A DNA stretch of 32,000 nucleotides, taken from positions 3,060,001 through 3,092,000 of the forward strand of contig OW818675.1 of NCBI GenBank assembly GCA_942493095.1. The letters run 5' to 3'. The notes beneath the pieces are model-generated. The model was not told where the DNA came from. It ran no database searches and saw only the letters and a list, made by a program, of their open reading frames with translations. This document shows positions 1-9,500 of this stretch, piece after piece (the first letter of the stretch is position 1; each line of letters starts with the position of its first letter). The stretch is from Candidatus Electronema halotolerans (GTDB lineage Bacteria; Desulfobacterota; Desulfobulbia; Desulfobulbales; Desulfobulbaceae). A program made the position numbers and the translations under genes.

Positions 1-415
1 TGCCCTTCATCTGGCCGATGACGTAGGTCAGCGAGGCTGTGATCAAGCAGATGACCGCGACAACACGGGCTGTGCTGGAGTAGTAGCGGTCGCCGATAAA
101 GGCGGGCACGGTGAACTTGCCGTACTTGCGCAAGTACGGGGCCAGCAGCATGGCTAAGAGGCAGTAGCCGCCAGTCCAGCCCATCAGGAAGACCGAAGCG
201 TCATAGCCGCCAAAGGCGATCATGCCGGCCATGGAAATGAATGAGGCAGCTGACATCCAGTCCGCGCCAGTGGCCATGCCATTGAGGACCGGATGCACCC
301 CTTTGCCTGCCACGTAGAATTCGCCGGTGGAACCGGCCCTGGCCTTGATCGCAATCCAGATGTAGAGGGCAAAGGTCGCGCCGACCACCAGATAGGTCAT
401 TGTCTGCAAATCCAT
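1..415 (-). CDS. Sodium:solute symporter family large subunit (VC_2705/ActP-like), N-terminal part; the 3' end runs off the window
   Basis: Own translation from ATG at 415: [72 protein letters not shown]... AAGGAG lies about 9 nt upstream. It directly follows the small-subunit gene. It is absent from the ORF track because it is open at the window edge. Confidence 0.85.
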   Translation of the reverse strand, partial: MDLQTMTYLVVGATFALYIWIAIKARAGSTGEFYVAGKGVHPVLNGMATGADWMSAASFISMAGMIAFGGYDASVFLMGWTGGYCLLAMLLAPYLRKYGKFTVPAFIGDRYYSSTARVVAVICLITASLTYVIGQMKG

Positions 416-429
416 AGTCTGTCGCTCCT

Positions 430-687
430 TCAGTCTTCCTGAACGCCGAATTTCTTGTCAAGCTTGTTCATCCGCCAGGCATAGAAGAAGACGAGGATGA
501 CGAAGCTGTAAATGGACCCCTGCTGGGCAAACCAGAAGCCGAGCGGATAGCCGCCTAAGATGTGAATGCTGTTCAGTAGCGGGGCCAAGAGTATCCCGCA
601 GCCATAAGACACCAGAAACCAGACAGCCAGACAGCCGAGAACCAGCCGGATGTTGGCCTGCCAGTACGCTTGTGAGTCATTGCTCAT
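430..687 (-). CDS. Solute:sodium symporter small subunit (DUF4212-like, two TM helices)
   Basis: 85 aa with two hydrophobic helices ([35 protein letters not shown]) and an AGGAGA RBS. It sits 15 nt upstream of the symporter gene, which is the typical pairing. Confidence 0.8.
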   Translation of the reverse strand: MSNDSQAYWQANIRLVLGCLAVWFLVSYGCGILLAPLLNSIHILGGYPLGFWFAQQGSIYSFVILVFFYAWRMNKLDKKFGVQED

Positions 688-812
688 GCGTCTTTCTCCT
701 CTTGTGAGTTGTATGATTGAATGCGACTCTCTCCTCAGTGCCGGAGCCGGGTCCGGTGTTGCACATTACCTGCTGTTCCACCCTTCTGTCAAGCTGGAAG
801 AGAGGCGGAAGA

Positions 813-1523
813 TCACAATCTGCCGCTGCGCCCGGCCCGGTACAAGTCCTTCAGTGTGGCAATGCCGCCCTGGCGGAACTTCTTGACCAAGTAGAGAAAG
901 AGGTAGGCGGTCTGGAGCGCGTCTTCGAGCGCGTCATGAGGCTTGAACCTGGGCAGGTTGAAGCTCTCAGTCAGCGCGTCCAAGTTGCAGGGCATGGACT
1001 GATCCGTGCTGCCGTAGAAGTCCTTGCTCCCTGCCTCCTGATAGCGGCGGGCCAGGCGCATGGTGTCAATGCTCGGATTGGCAAGGCTGCCGCCAAGGGT
1101 CTTCTTAGCCGCCTTGCTGAGAAAGTGCATGTCCAGATCAACAAAGTGGCCGACTAACAGGCTCTTGCCGCAGAACTCGACAAAGGCTGGCAGGACCTCC
1201 TCAAGAGGCGGGGCTTGGGCCAGCTGCTCCGGGGTGATGCGGTGAATCAGGGTGGCGAGGTTGGGCTGAATCTTGTCCGGGCGGACATGGCTGTGAAAGC
1301 AGTGGCTCGGCGCAATCTGCAACTGTTCGATGCGCACTGCGCCAATGGCGATGAGCTGATCCTTGCGGCGATGGAGGCCGGTCAGCTCAGTGTCAAAGAC
1401 CGTGAAGCTGTACTCATCCAGCGGCCTGCCCTGGTCGAACTCGGCAAACAGCACCGCATTCTTGCGCAGGACAGGATGCAGCTCTTGCAGGCCAAAGAGT
1501 TTGCGCAGCAAGGTCAGCAGCAT
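813..1523 (-). CDS. DnaQ/DNA polymerase III epsilon-like 3'-5' exonuclease (DEDDh)
   Basis: Exo motifs are present: FTVFDTELTGL (ExoI), GHFVDLDMHFL (ExoII) and HDALEDALQTA (ExoIII). As I recall, exonuclease genes of this type often sit next to this symporter pair. Confidence 0.8.
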   Translation of the reverse strand: MLLTLLRKLFGLQELHPVLRKNAVLFAEFDQGRPLDEYSFTVFDTELTGLHRRKDQLIAIGAVRIEQLQIAPSHCFHSHVRPDKIQPNLATLIHRITPEQLAQAPPLEEVLPAFVEFCGKSLLVGHFVDLDMHFLSKAAKKTLGGSLANPSIDTMRLARRYQEAGSKDFYGSTDQSMPCNLDALTESFNLPRFKPHDALEDALQTAYLFLYLVKKFRQGGIATLKDLYRAGRSGRL

Positions 1524-1651
1524 GGCTGCTGGCTGCTGTTACGCTGTAGGGCCACGGCCTTTTCAAGCTGCAAGCGTGCCTGGAGCTTCTCATCCCAGCG
1601 TTGCGCCGTCTCCTCTTTGAACCGCTCGTCGGTCATCATCCGGGCTGCTCA

Positions 1652-2728
1652 TCAGGCCGTGGTTATCTGGAGGATGTCCACCAGCCTGCCGCCGTAATCC
1701 GTGCGGATCATCTCCCAGAGGCCGGTGTAGTCGTTCACGGTCAGGTCGAGCGAGGTCAGGGCGGAACCGGCAAAACCGGAGAGGGTGAAATCGCCGTTGT
1801 GGGTCACAGCCAGCTCGGCCCCTGCGGCCCCGTCTTCCTGCATATCCAAAAGGCGGAAGACCAGCTCCTCCTGCTGGAGATCCTGCATCACCTCCACCCG
1901 CACCGTGCTGTCCGCAGACAGGCTGCCGCCGGTGACCACCACGTTGGGCGCAGCCGCGCTGCCGGTCAGGATTCCGTGTTCCGGCGGGTTGGGATGACTG
2001 AACTGGCTCAGGGTCAGGGGCGTGCGCAGCGGCAGACTGAAGGCCCCGGTGCGCGGGCTGCCGTGCTCGGTGTAATGGGTGGTGATGGAGACCCGGTACT
2101 CGTTGTTCCACGGGTCGTCCTGGAGCGGCACATCCGGCATGACCATCACTTCGGTGTTGCTGACCAGCCCGAAGCGACTCTGGATGGCGCTGCCGCTGCG
2201 GGTGCCGCTGATCAGGCACTGCTCGCCCTGTTTATGCGGATCAAAGAGCAGGTCGGTGCCGGTCAGACGAAGCAGGCCCTGCGGGTTGAGGACATTGTCC
2301 AGGTTCCAGACTGTGTCCTCGGCCCCGGCAATCACCGGAGCCTTTTCCGTGGGCGGCAGCCGCTCGAACTCCACCTGCTGCTGCACCCGCTCGACCGCGT
2401 CTCTGGCTGCAAAGACTTGGACCTTGACAAAGCTCTTGTCCGCAGGCAGCGGGTCGTCCACCGAATCCAGGCGCACGGCAAGGGAGAGGTGATAGGTGAA
2501 GGCGTTCTCAAGCGAGACCTGATTGCCGATGACAAGCTGATTCAGCACCTCCTCGTCCCGCGCCCGGAGAATGCTTTCCACCAAGTCCGCGCTCCAGAGC
2601 GGGTTCTTTTCCGAAAGAATCCGGGCCAAGTCTGCATAGTCAATGGTTTCCTTGGGCATGACCCGCGCCAAGTACGAGCGAGGTTTGGTCAGAGCGTTCA
2701 CATAGGGCCGCCATTCTACTTTCGACAT
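1652..2728 (-). CDS. HU-like (histone-like) DNA-binding N-terminal domain protein with a DUF4469-like Ig-fold C-terminal region
   Basis: I chose the internal ATG at 2728 (MSKVEWRPYVNALTKPRSYLARVMPKETIDYADLARILSEK...) because GGAGGA lies 6 nt upstream. The 89 upstream codons of the track ORF are low-complexity and cover the repeat array. The family call rests on N-terminal pattern recognition only. Confidence 0.55.
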   Translation of the reverse strand: MSKVEWRPYVNALTKPRSYLARVMPKETIDYADLARILSEKNPLWSADLVESILRARDEEVLNQLVIGNQVSLENAFTYHLSLAVRLDSVDDPLPADKSFVKVQVFAARDAVERVQQQVEFERLPPTEKAPVIAGAEDTVWNLDNVLNPQGLLRLTGTDLLFDPHKQGEQCLISGTRSGSAIQSRFGLVSNTEVMVMPDVPLQDDPWNNEYRVSITTHYTEHGSPRTGAFSLPLRTPLTLSQFSHPNPPEHGILTGSAAAPNVVVTGGSLSADSTVRVEVMQDLQQEELVFRLLDMQEDGAAGAELAVTHNGDFTLSGFAGSALTSLDLTVNDYTGLWEMIRTDYGGRLVDILQITTA

Positions 2729-2786
2729 AGCTGATCCTCCAAACAGGGTAAGCGTTCCGCGTGATTGCGGAATAGGTGAGGCTCGC

Positions 2787-2815
2787 AGCGTAAGACGGCG
2801 GCAGGGATTTGTCAA
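2787..2815 (-). promoter_or_regulatory. Sigma70-like promoter for the HU-like gene (TTGACA-17 nt-TACGCT on the minus strand)
   Basis: On the minus strand the -35 TTGACA is at 2815..2810 and the -10 TACGCT at 2792..2787, with a 17-nt spacer. It lies about 60 nt upstream of ATG 2728. Confidence 0.35.
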
Positions 2816-2857
2816 GAGGGAAAGCAAGGAATTGCGCCAGAGCGTCCGGCCCTGCCC

Positions 2858-2972
2858 CGATGCTGTGATCGAATCCTGCCCGATCACGTGATCGAGCTTC
2901 CCCCGATCACGTGATCGAGTTCTGCCCGAAGCCTCGATCGGGCTGACCTCGATGCTGCTATCGGGGATTGGC
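2858..2972. repeat. Five exactly phased 23-bp tandem units, each starting with a CGAT-N6-ATCG type palindrome (two perfect CGATCACGTGATCG copies)
   Basis: Units start at 2858, 2881, 2904, 2927 and 2950: cgatgctgtgatcg, cgatcacgtgatcg, cgatcacgtgatcg, cgaagcctcgatcg, cgatgctgctatcg. There are six GATC sites within 2867-2939. Confidence 0.85.
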
Positions 2973-3008
2973 GGCAATAAGTAGAGGTCATTCATGAATT
3001 ACCCCTAC

Positions 3009-4997
3009 TTATTGCTTGGCACGCTCTTGGGCCAAATCATCCAGCCACTGCTGCACCTTCTTGGCACCATAGTGCTGTCCTGCTCCCATTGCCTGATACA
3101 GGCTCAGACTCTTCCGCCAAGCCGCTTCCGCCTGCGCAAGATTGCCGCGTTTTTTGTACACACTGCCCAGATTGCCGTAATCTGCTGCCATGCCTTCCTT
3201 GCGGCCCAAGGCTTTGTCAAGCTCCAGAGCTTTCCGGTACATCTCCTCCGCCTTGTCCAAGTCGCCCCGTATCTGATACACATTGCCCAGATTGCCGTAC
3301 TTCGCTGCCATACCTTCCTTGCGTCCCAAGGCTTCGTCAAGCTCCAGACCTTTCCGGTACATCTCCTCCGCCTTGTCCAAGTCGCCGCGTGTATATGCCA
3401 CATTGCCCAGATTGCCGTAATTCTGCGCCATACCTTGCTTGCTGCCCAGTGCTTGGTCAAGCTCCAGAGCTTTCCTGTGCATCTCCTCCGCCTTGTCCAA
3501 GTCGCCGCGTGTCTGATACACATTGCCCAGATTGCCGTACTTCGCTGCCATACCTTCCTTGCGTCCCAAGGCTTCGTCAAGCTCCAGACCTTTCCGGTAC
3601 ATCTCCTCCGCCTTGTCCAAGTCGCCGCGTGTCCGATACACAACGCCCAGATTGCCGTACTGGTTTGCCATACCTTCCTTGCTGCCCAAGGCTTGGTGTA
3701 GCTCCAGTGCTTTCCGGTGCATTTCCTCCGCCTTGTCCAAGTCGCCGCGTGTCCTGTACACAATGCCCAGACCGGCGTATTGGTTCGCCATGCCTTCCTT
3801 GCTGCCCAAGGCTTGGTGCAGCTCCAGACCTTTCCGGTACATCTCCTCCGCCTTGTCCAAGTCGCCGCGTGTCTGATACACAACGCCCAGATTGCCGTAA
3901 TTCTGCGCCATGCCTTCCTTGCTGCCCAAGGCTTGGTGAAGCTCCAGACCTTTCTGGTACATCTCCTCTGCCTTGTCCAAGTCGCCCCGTGTCTGATACA
4001 CATTGCCCAGATTGCCGTAATTGATTGCCATGCCTTGCTTGCTGCCCAAGGCTTTGTCAAGCTCCAGAGCTTTCCTGTGCATCTCCTCGGCCTTGTCCAA
4101 GTCGCCCCGTGTATATGCCACATTGCCCAGATTGCCGTAATCCTGCGCCAAGCCTTCCTTGCTGCCCAAGGCTTGGTGAAGCTCCAGAGCTTTCCGGTAC
4201 ATTTCCTCCGCCTTGTCCAAGTCGCCGCGTGTCCGATACACATTGCCCAGATTGCCGAGAGCCGCTGCCTGCTCCTCCTTGTCCTGATGCGCTTCAGCCA
4301 AGGCCAGCACCTTGCGCCAAGCATCTTCGGCCTGCGCAATCTCCCCTGTACGGTAAAGCAGATTGCCAAGCTGATTCCAGCCCTCCGCATTGTCCGGGTC
4401 AAGCTTTGTTGCCTTGCGGTAGGCAGCCAAAGCCTCTTTGGGGTTGTTCATATACGCCAATGCGCCCAAGTGGCGGGCGGCAGCAGCGGCCTCCTTGTTC
4501 GCCTGCTTGCCTTCCGCCTCCTTGGTGCGCAGCACCTCAGCAAAGATCGCCTGCGCCTTGGCCGTGTTGCCCTGCTCCAATTCCTGCAAGGCCGCATTGA
4601 TGCTGGCAACAGACGCGCCGGTCTTGGACAGAGCGGTGATGGCTTCAGTCAGCGCCTTGAGTTGCTCGTCCTTGGCGGAAAGCTGCTGATCCTTGGTATC
4701 TAACTGGGCAGCCAGCTTCTCAGCCAGCTTGCCCGCATCCACCGGCTGCACCTTGTCCATGTATTTGTTCCATGCTGCCAGTGCAAAGCCAAGCACTGTC
4801 ACGCTCATTCCAAGCTGGAAGCCGTGGCGGAGCAGCAGCTTGACGACTATGCCGCTGTCTTCTTGAGAGAGTTGCGTCAGCAGCCCGGACTTGATCAGCT
4901 CGCTGTGGATGCCGAAGACCAGCATCAGCACAAAGCCGACAAGCACCAGCGGTATAGCAAGGTACTTGGCAATCTTCTCAAAGCCTGTGATGTTCAT
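3009..4997 (-). CDS. Membrane-anchored coiled-coil / tetratricopeptide-repeat (TPR) protein, 662 aa
   Basis: Two N-terminal hydrophobic segments (YLAIPLVLVGFVLMLVFGI, GMSVTVLGFALAAW), a coiled-coil region, then more than 12 TPR units of the form GDLDKAEEMYRKALELxxALGSKEGMAxxYGNLGNVYQTR. A GGAG RBS precedes ATG 4997. Confidence 0.9.
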   Translation of the reverse strand: MNITGFEKIAKYLAIPLVLVGFVLMLVFGIHSELIKSGLLTQLSQEDSGIVVKLLLRHGFQLGMSVTVLGFALAAWNKYMDKVQPVDAGKLAEKLAAQLDTKDQQLSAKDEQLKALTEAITALSKTGASVASINAALQELEQGNTAKAQAIFAEVLRTKEAEGKQANKEAAAAARHLGALAYMNNPKEALAAYRKATKLDPDNAEGWNQLGNLLYRTGEIAQAEDAWRKVLALAEAHQDKEEQAAALGNLGNVYRTRGDLDKAEEMYRKALELHQALGSKEGLAQDYGNLGNVAYTRGDLDKAEEMHRKALELDKALGSKQGMAINYGNLGNVYQTRGDLDKAEEMYQKGLELHQALGSKEGMAQNYGNLGVVYQTRGDLDKAEEMYRKGLELHQALGSKEGMANQYAGLGIVYRTRGDLDKAEEMHRKALELHQALGSKEGMANQYGNLGVVYRTRGDLDKAEEMYRKGLELDEALGRKEGMAAKYGNLGNVYQTRGDLDKAEEMHRKALELDQALGSKQGMAQNYGNLGNVAYTRGDLDKAEEMYRKGLELDEALGRKEGMAAKYGNLGNVYQIRGDLDKAEEMYRKALELDKALGRKEGMAADYGNLGSVYKKRGNLAQAEAAWRKSLSLYQAMGAGQHYGAKKVQQWLDDLAQERAKQ
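3121..4320 (-). repeat. About ten tandem 120-bp (40-codon) intragenic repeats encoding the TPR units
   Basis: The motif atctcctccgccttgtccaagtcgcc recurs at 3241, 3361, 3481, 3601, 3721, 3841, 3961, 4081 and 4201. Units 3241-3360 and 3481-3600 differ at only 2 of 120 positions. Confidence 0.9.
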
Positions 4998-5049
4998 GGT
5001 CGTGCTCCTGCAGTGTTATTGCGGCTCGGAGGCCGGAGAGTGTGCAGCA

Positions 5050-6381
5050 TCACATCGTCCTGTCCACCACTGCTGCTCCGACTGCATCGCCAAACACGTT
5101 CACGGTTGTCCTGAAGCGGTCAAGGAGCCAGTCAACAGGCAGGATCAGGGCGATGAACTCCACCGGCAGATTGACCGCATTGAGGACGATCAGCATGGTC
5201 ACCAAGCCTGCTTCCGGGATGCCTGCCGCGCCGATTGCCGCCAGGGTCGCAGTGACAGCAATGACCATCTGCTGGGTCAGACTGAGGTCAAAGCCAAGGG
5301 CTTGGGCAATGAAGATTGCGGCCACTGCTTCATAGAGGGCTGTGCCATCCATGTTGACTGTCGCCCCCAAGGGCAGGACAAGGTCAGCGGATTGCTTGGA
5401 AACGCCTGCCTTGGTGATGGCGCATTCCATTGTCACTGGCAGGGTGGCGGAAGAGCTGGCTGTGGAAAAGGCGGTCAGCAGGGCCTGCGACATGTCGTAG
5501 AAATAGCGGAACGGGTTCTTCCGGGCAAAGAACCGGCAGAGCAGCGGCAGAACAATGAGCGCATGAATGCCCAGGCCGGTCAGGACGGTCAGGGAGTACA
5601 GGCCGGTCTGACGGATCACCTCGATGAACGCGCCGTCTGCCTGGGCCTTGCCAAAGCGGGCTGCGACAAGGCAGAAAATCCCCAGCGGCGCGAGCTTCAT
5701 CAGGAGAAGAACAAAGGTGATCAGGGCATCATTGACCTGCTCAATCAGGGAGCGGAGTTCCGCCGTCCTCGCGCCCATCGTGCTCAACACGCCCGCAAAG
5801 ACAAGGCTGAAGACAATCAGCGGCAGCAGCTCCATCTTGGCGGCGGAACGAATCAGATTGTCAGTGAAGAGCATCAGGACAAGATTCTTGAGGATCATGC
5901 CGACTTCTGGAGCCGCCTTGCGCTCCTCGGTCAGTTCAGGGAACACCGTGCTCAGTTCGTCCGGGGCCAGCTTGCCTGCCTCGGCCAGCGCGTCCCGGAC
6001 TTTGGCCTTGACCGAATGCTGCTCCTGCTCCGCCTGCACAGCCGCAATTGTTTCCTTGCTGACAGTGCCGACACCGGGCCGCATGACATTGACCACGACA
6101 ATGCCAATGCAGACTGCAATCATGGTGGTGCTCAGGTAATAGAGCGCCGCCGCGCCGCCGGGACGGCCCAGCTTGCGCACATCGCCCAAGCCAAGGATGC
6201 CGCTCATGACACTCATGACCACCAGCGGCACGACCATCATTTTCAGCAGCTTGAGAAATATCTCGCCGCCGAGTTGCAGCTTCACCGCCAAGTGCGGCAG
6301 AAGCAGGCCGACCAGCACGGCGGCAATGATGGCCGCGCCGATCCACAGGGTCAAATAGCTTTTTTGGGGCTGTTCAGACAT
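5050..6381 (-). CDS. Dicarboxylate/amino acid:cation symporter (DAACS, GltP/SstT-like)
   Basis: Start taken at ATG 6381 (MSEQPQKSYLTLWIG..., GAGGA RBS). The protein is multi-TM with DAACS-type motifs (GILGLGD, SSSATLPVTM, VNMDGTALYEAVAAIFIAQ, DRFRTTVNVFGDAV). Confidence 0.9.
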   Translation of the reverse strand: MSEQPQKSYLTLWIGAAIIAAVLVGLLLPHLAVKLQLGGEIFLKLLKMMVVPLVVMSVMSGILGLGDVRKLGRPGGAAALYYLSTTMIAVCIGIVVVNVMRPGVGTVSKETIAAVQAEQEQHSVKAKVRDALAEAGKLAPDELSTVFPELTEERKAAPEVGMILKNLVLMLFTDNLIRSAAKMELLPLIVFSLVFAGVLSTMGARTAELRSLIEQVNDALITFVLLLMKLAPLGIFCLVAARFGKAQADGAFIEVIRQTGLYSLTVLTGLGIHALIVLPLLCRFFARKNPFRYFYDMSQALLTAFSTASSSATLPVTMECAITKAGVSKQSADLVLPLGATVNMDGTALYEAVAAIFIAQALGFDLSLTQQMVIAVTATLAAIGAAGIPEAGLVTMLIVLNAVNLPVEFIALILPVDWLLDRFRTTVNVFGDAVGAAVVDRTM

Positions 6382-6503
6382 TGGGTCCTCTGCTTGGGTT
6401 GCGGCAGGGACGGCTGTCCCGGCTCTGGGAAAAAAGGTCAAGGCTTGCCTGCGCATGTCTCACCACCATCACTGATGGCGGTGAGAACAAAAGGAACAGG
6501 CTG

Positions 6504-9500
6504 CTACGAAAGACTTCCGGCAGCGGCAGCTTTGCAGGCCAGCATCTGCTCGTTGAGCCGCTGGGCTTGCAGGCAGAAGGTCTCCAGCCGGGCCTCGATG
6601 AGCTGCGGGAAAGGGTTGCCGTCGGTTTCAATGGCAATAAAGGGCAGCTTGCGCTCCTTGGCAAGAATGGGCTGCCATTGGCGGGCATCGCCATTGTCCA
6701 GAGCCGCTTTCTTCTCAGTGGTGGTGAACTTCTCATTCAGCACTGCCTCGGCCACCCGCGAAGGCATGCAGCCGAACGGGCCAATGGAAATCACCCCGCA
6801 GGATGGATGGAGGATTTCGTGCAGGGCCGCGCCAACCGTGACAATGGTCTCCACGGTGAAATGGGGCGAGACAAACTTGCCGCCCGCCTCAATCACCGGC
6901 TCAATCGGGGCATCGCCGTCATAGAAGTACAGCCCGGACCGAGCCAGCCTCCTGCGGATTGCGTGATCAAAGTACTTCTTCACATAGCCCCTGATGACAA
7001 AGCCCTTGCTGCGCTCGCCCTCAATGTCGTGCTTGATCAGCCAGTCAATGAACTTGATGTACTCGCTGATCATGGCTGTGCGGACGACAAAGCCCCGGTC
7101 TGCCATGCGCTCGATCAGATTCTGCAAGGAGATCGGATCGTGGCGGACATACATCTCGCCGACCAAGGAGAGCTTTGGCAGCTCAGAGTAAGGCTTTTTC
7201 AGCTTGATCTGACTGAGGCGGGCCGCGCTGCGGGAAAGCTGCCCGGCAATCACCGGCCACCGCCTGCTGATCACGGCCCGAATCTTCTCGTATTCCTCAT
7301 GGAATATCTTTAAGCCCTCCTGCCGATTCTCGGCTCCGGCCAGCACGGTTGACCACATCTCGTCAAAGATGTCGCCGATGACAATGGCCCGCCAGGCGGC
7401 CCGCAGGAACTCGTCGCTCAGGTCGCAGTAGCCGTTCATGGAGCTGGGCGTGAACATGGCCACATCAGGGATCTGCTGCTGTTCCAGCACCCGCTTGGTG
7501 TAAACATGATACTGGCCCAGGCGGCAGGGGCCTTCCGCGCTGGCCATGTAGTAGATCAGCACTTCGTCCGGGCGGCGGAACTTGACCCGGTTGAGCAGCG
7601 AGCCGAGCGTGGTTTGCAGGGGCAGGCATTCCTTGCACGAGGCATGACCCCGGCCCAGCTTGAGCACTTCCTCATCCGCAGGGCGAAGGATTTCCGCCTT
7701 GATGCCGATTCTGGCAAAGGCCTCTGTGAGCAGCGGGGTGCAATAGCGGCTCATGGCAGGCACCAGCATCCGCACCCGCGAACTTGTCAGCGGCAGCCAG
7801 GCGCCGTCCGAAGTCCGCACCCCAGCAATGCCGCTCTGCTCCTCTACCTCGGCAGCCCGGAAAGCTTTCCTGATGCGCAGCGGCTGGCTCTTCTTCTGAA
7901 TCTCCCGGTAATAGCGGATGATGTCTAAGAAGGCTTCAATCCGGGTTTCCAGGCCCGCGTCAGCCGTGTGGCTGTCTAACTCCAAGGTCAGGGACGGCTT
8001 GCGGCCCATGATCTCCCGGAAGAAGCTGACCAAGAACGAGTCTGGCCCGCAGGAGAAGTTGGTGATGTAGGCCCCGTAGAGCTGGGGATGCTTTTCCGCG
8101 AACCGCGCTCCCTTGAGGATGATCTGGCCCATAGCCCAGTACATGTTGTCGTCCGAGGCGAGCTGCTCCTGCCAATAGGGCAGCATGTCAAAGGGGATGA
8201 TCGAGATGCCCCGGCTGGCGAATTTGGCTGGAATGCCCTTGTTGGCTGCGCTGGCAAAGCTGTTGTAGGGCCTGCCGAACAGCACCACGCCAAAGCGTTC
8301 CGGGTCGCTTTCCAGATCAGCCAGGGCCTGTCTGCCCATTTCGCGGATGTCCTTGGTGAACTCATCTTGGGCGGCAATGGCAGCCTTCAGAGCTGCATCC
8401 GCCTTGTCCGCCTCCGCGCCAAGCTGCCCGGCCACGTCGCGGAAGGCAGCATGGTCAGCAGCATACCCCTTGGAGAAGTCCAGCACCTGCGAGAGCACCT
8501 TCTTGTTGTGTTCCAAGGCTGGAAAGGCGGTGCGCAGATAGTACGGCTCGCTCTGCACCAAGACGCAGGTGCAGGAGGTCATGTCTTTTTCGCCGGAATC
8601 AACGCCCTTGAGCTGGGGCAGGAAGATGAAGTCCGGCTTTTCAGCCAGCAGAGCAGCCACGTAGTTGTGGGCGATTTCCACGGGATAGCAGAAGGCTGCG
8701 CCCTGCTGGTCCATGCCTCGCGGGTCCTGCGCTGAGGGCAGGGTCAGGCGGAAGCCGAGGGCGGCAAAAAAGGCGTTGAAAAAGGGGAACAAGGTGTTGA
8801 GCAGGAAGGAGCGGTTCATGCCCACAGTTGGCCGCCTGTCCTCTGGGCTGGCCGGAGCCAGATCGCGGAAGACCCGCCGCTCCCGTCGGATGACTAAGTC
8901 ATAGTCACCCGCCTCAACCTTGCGGTTGTGAATCAGGTTGTCGTAGCGGTTGCAGATGCCGCCAAAAGGATAGACCTTGTCCTTGATCTTGATCCGGGCG
9001 ATCTCGCAGCCACGGTCACAGTCCTTGCCCCCGCCGCAGCGGAACGGCTTTTGGTATTCCACCTCCCGGCTGATCAGCTCCTGCAAGTCGTACTGCTCGG
9101 ATTTGAGCAGGCCCTGCTCCATGCGCCGCTCCACTTCCAAGGCCACGCCAAAGGCACCCATCAGGCCAGCCTCGGACGGCACCACCACCTGCTTGCCGGT
9201 CAGTCCGGCCAAGGCCGCAGGCACGGCCTGATTGTAGCAAACCCCGCCTTGGACAAAGACCTTTTTGCCCACAGGCCGGTTGCCCTTGACCCGGTTGTTG
9301 TAGTTCATGCCAATGGAATAGACCAAGCCAGCAACAATGTCTTCCAGCGGCACGTTCTCCTGCACTGACCGCTTAATGTCTGAGCCGATAAAGGCGGCGC
9401 ACTGGTCGCTGAAGTTGGGCGGGGCTGTAGCCCGGAACGCAGTGTCGCCAATATCTGTCACCTTGATGCCCAAGCTCTCTTTGGCCGATTCTTCAAGGAA

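Noticed and set aside
201-461. 86-aa minus-strand ORF from the track.
   Set aside because: It is out of frame with the symporter N-terminus that I translated from ATG 415 and overlaps the small-subunit gene. It has no motifs.
2866-2877. tGATCGAATCCtg resembles a tRNA T-loop (GGTTCGAATCC).
   Set aside because: No complementary T-stem, acceptor stem or anticodon arm can be drawn. The sequence is part of the 23-bp repeat array.
3062-3076. TGGCAC-N5-TGCT, a near match to a sigma54 -24/-12 element.
   Set aside because: It is on the plus strand inside the minus-strand TPR coding region, has no downstream plus-strand gene, and its -12 element is imperfect.
2994-4703. Long ORFs in several other frames and on both strands across the TPR repeat region, for example a 311-aa Cys/Pro-rich ORF and a 432-aa Trp/Arg-rich ORF.
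   Set aside because: They are a consequence of the 120-bp periodic repeat lacking stops in several frames. Only the 3009..4997 minus frame gives TPR helices, TM segments and an RBS.
4891-6924. 677-aa plus-strand ORF spanning the DAACS transporter and the end of the activase gene.
   Set aside because: It is antisense to two genes with clear family signatures. The translation is Arg/Gly/Ala/Gln/His-rich low complexity with no RBS, the usual stop-poor antisense frame of high-GC DNA.
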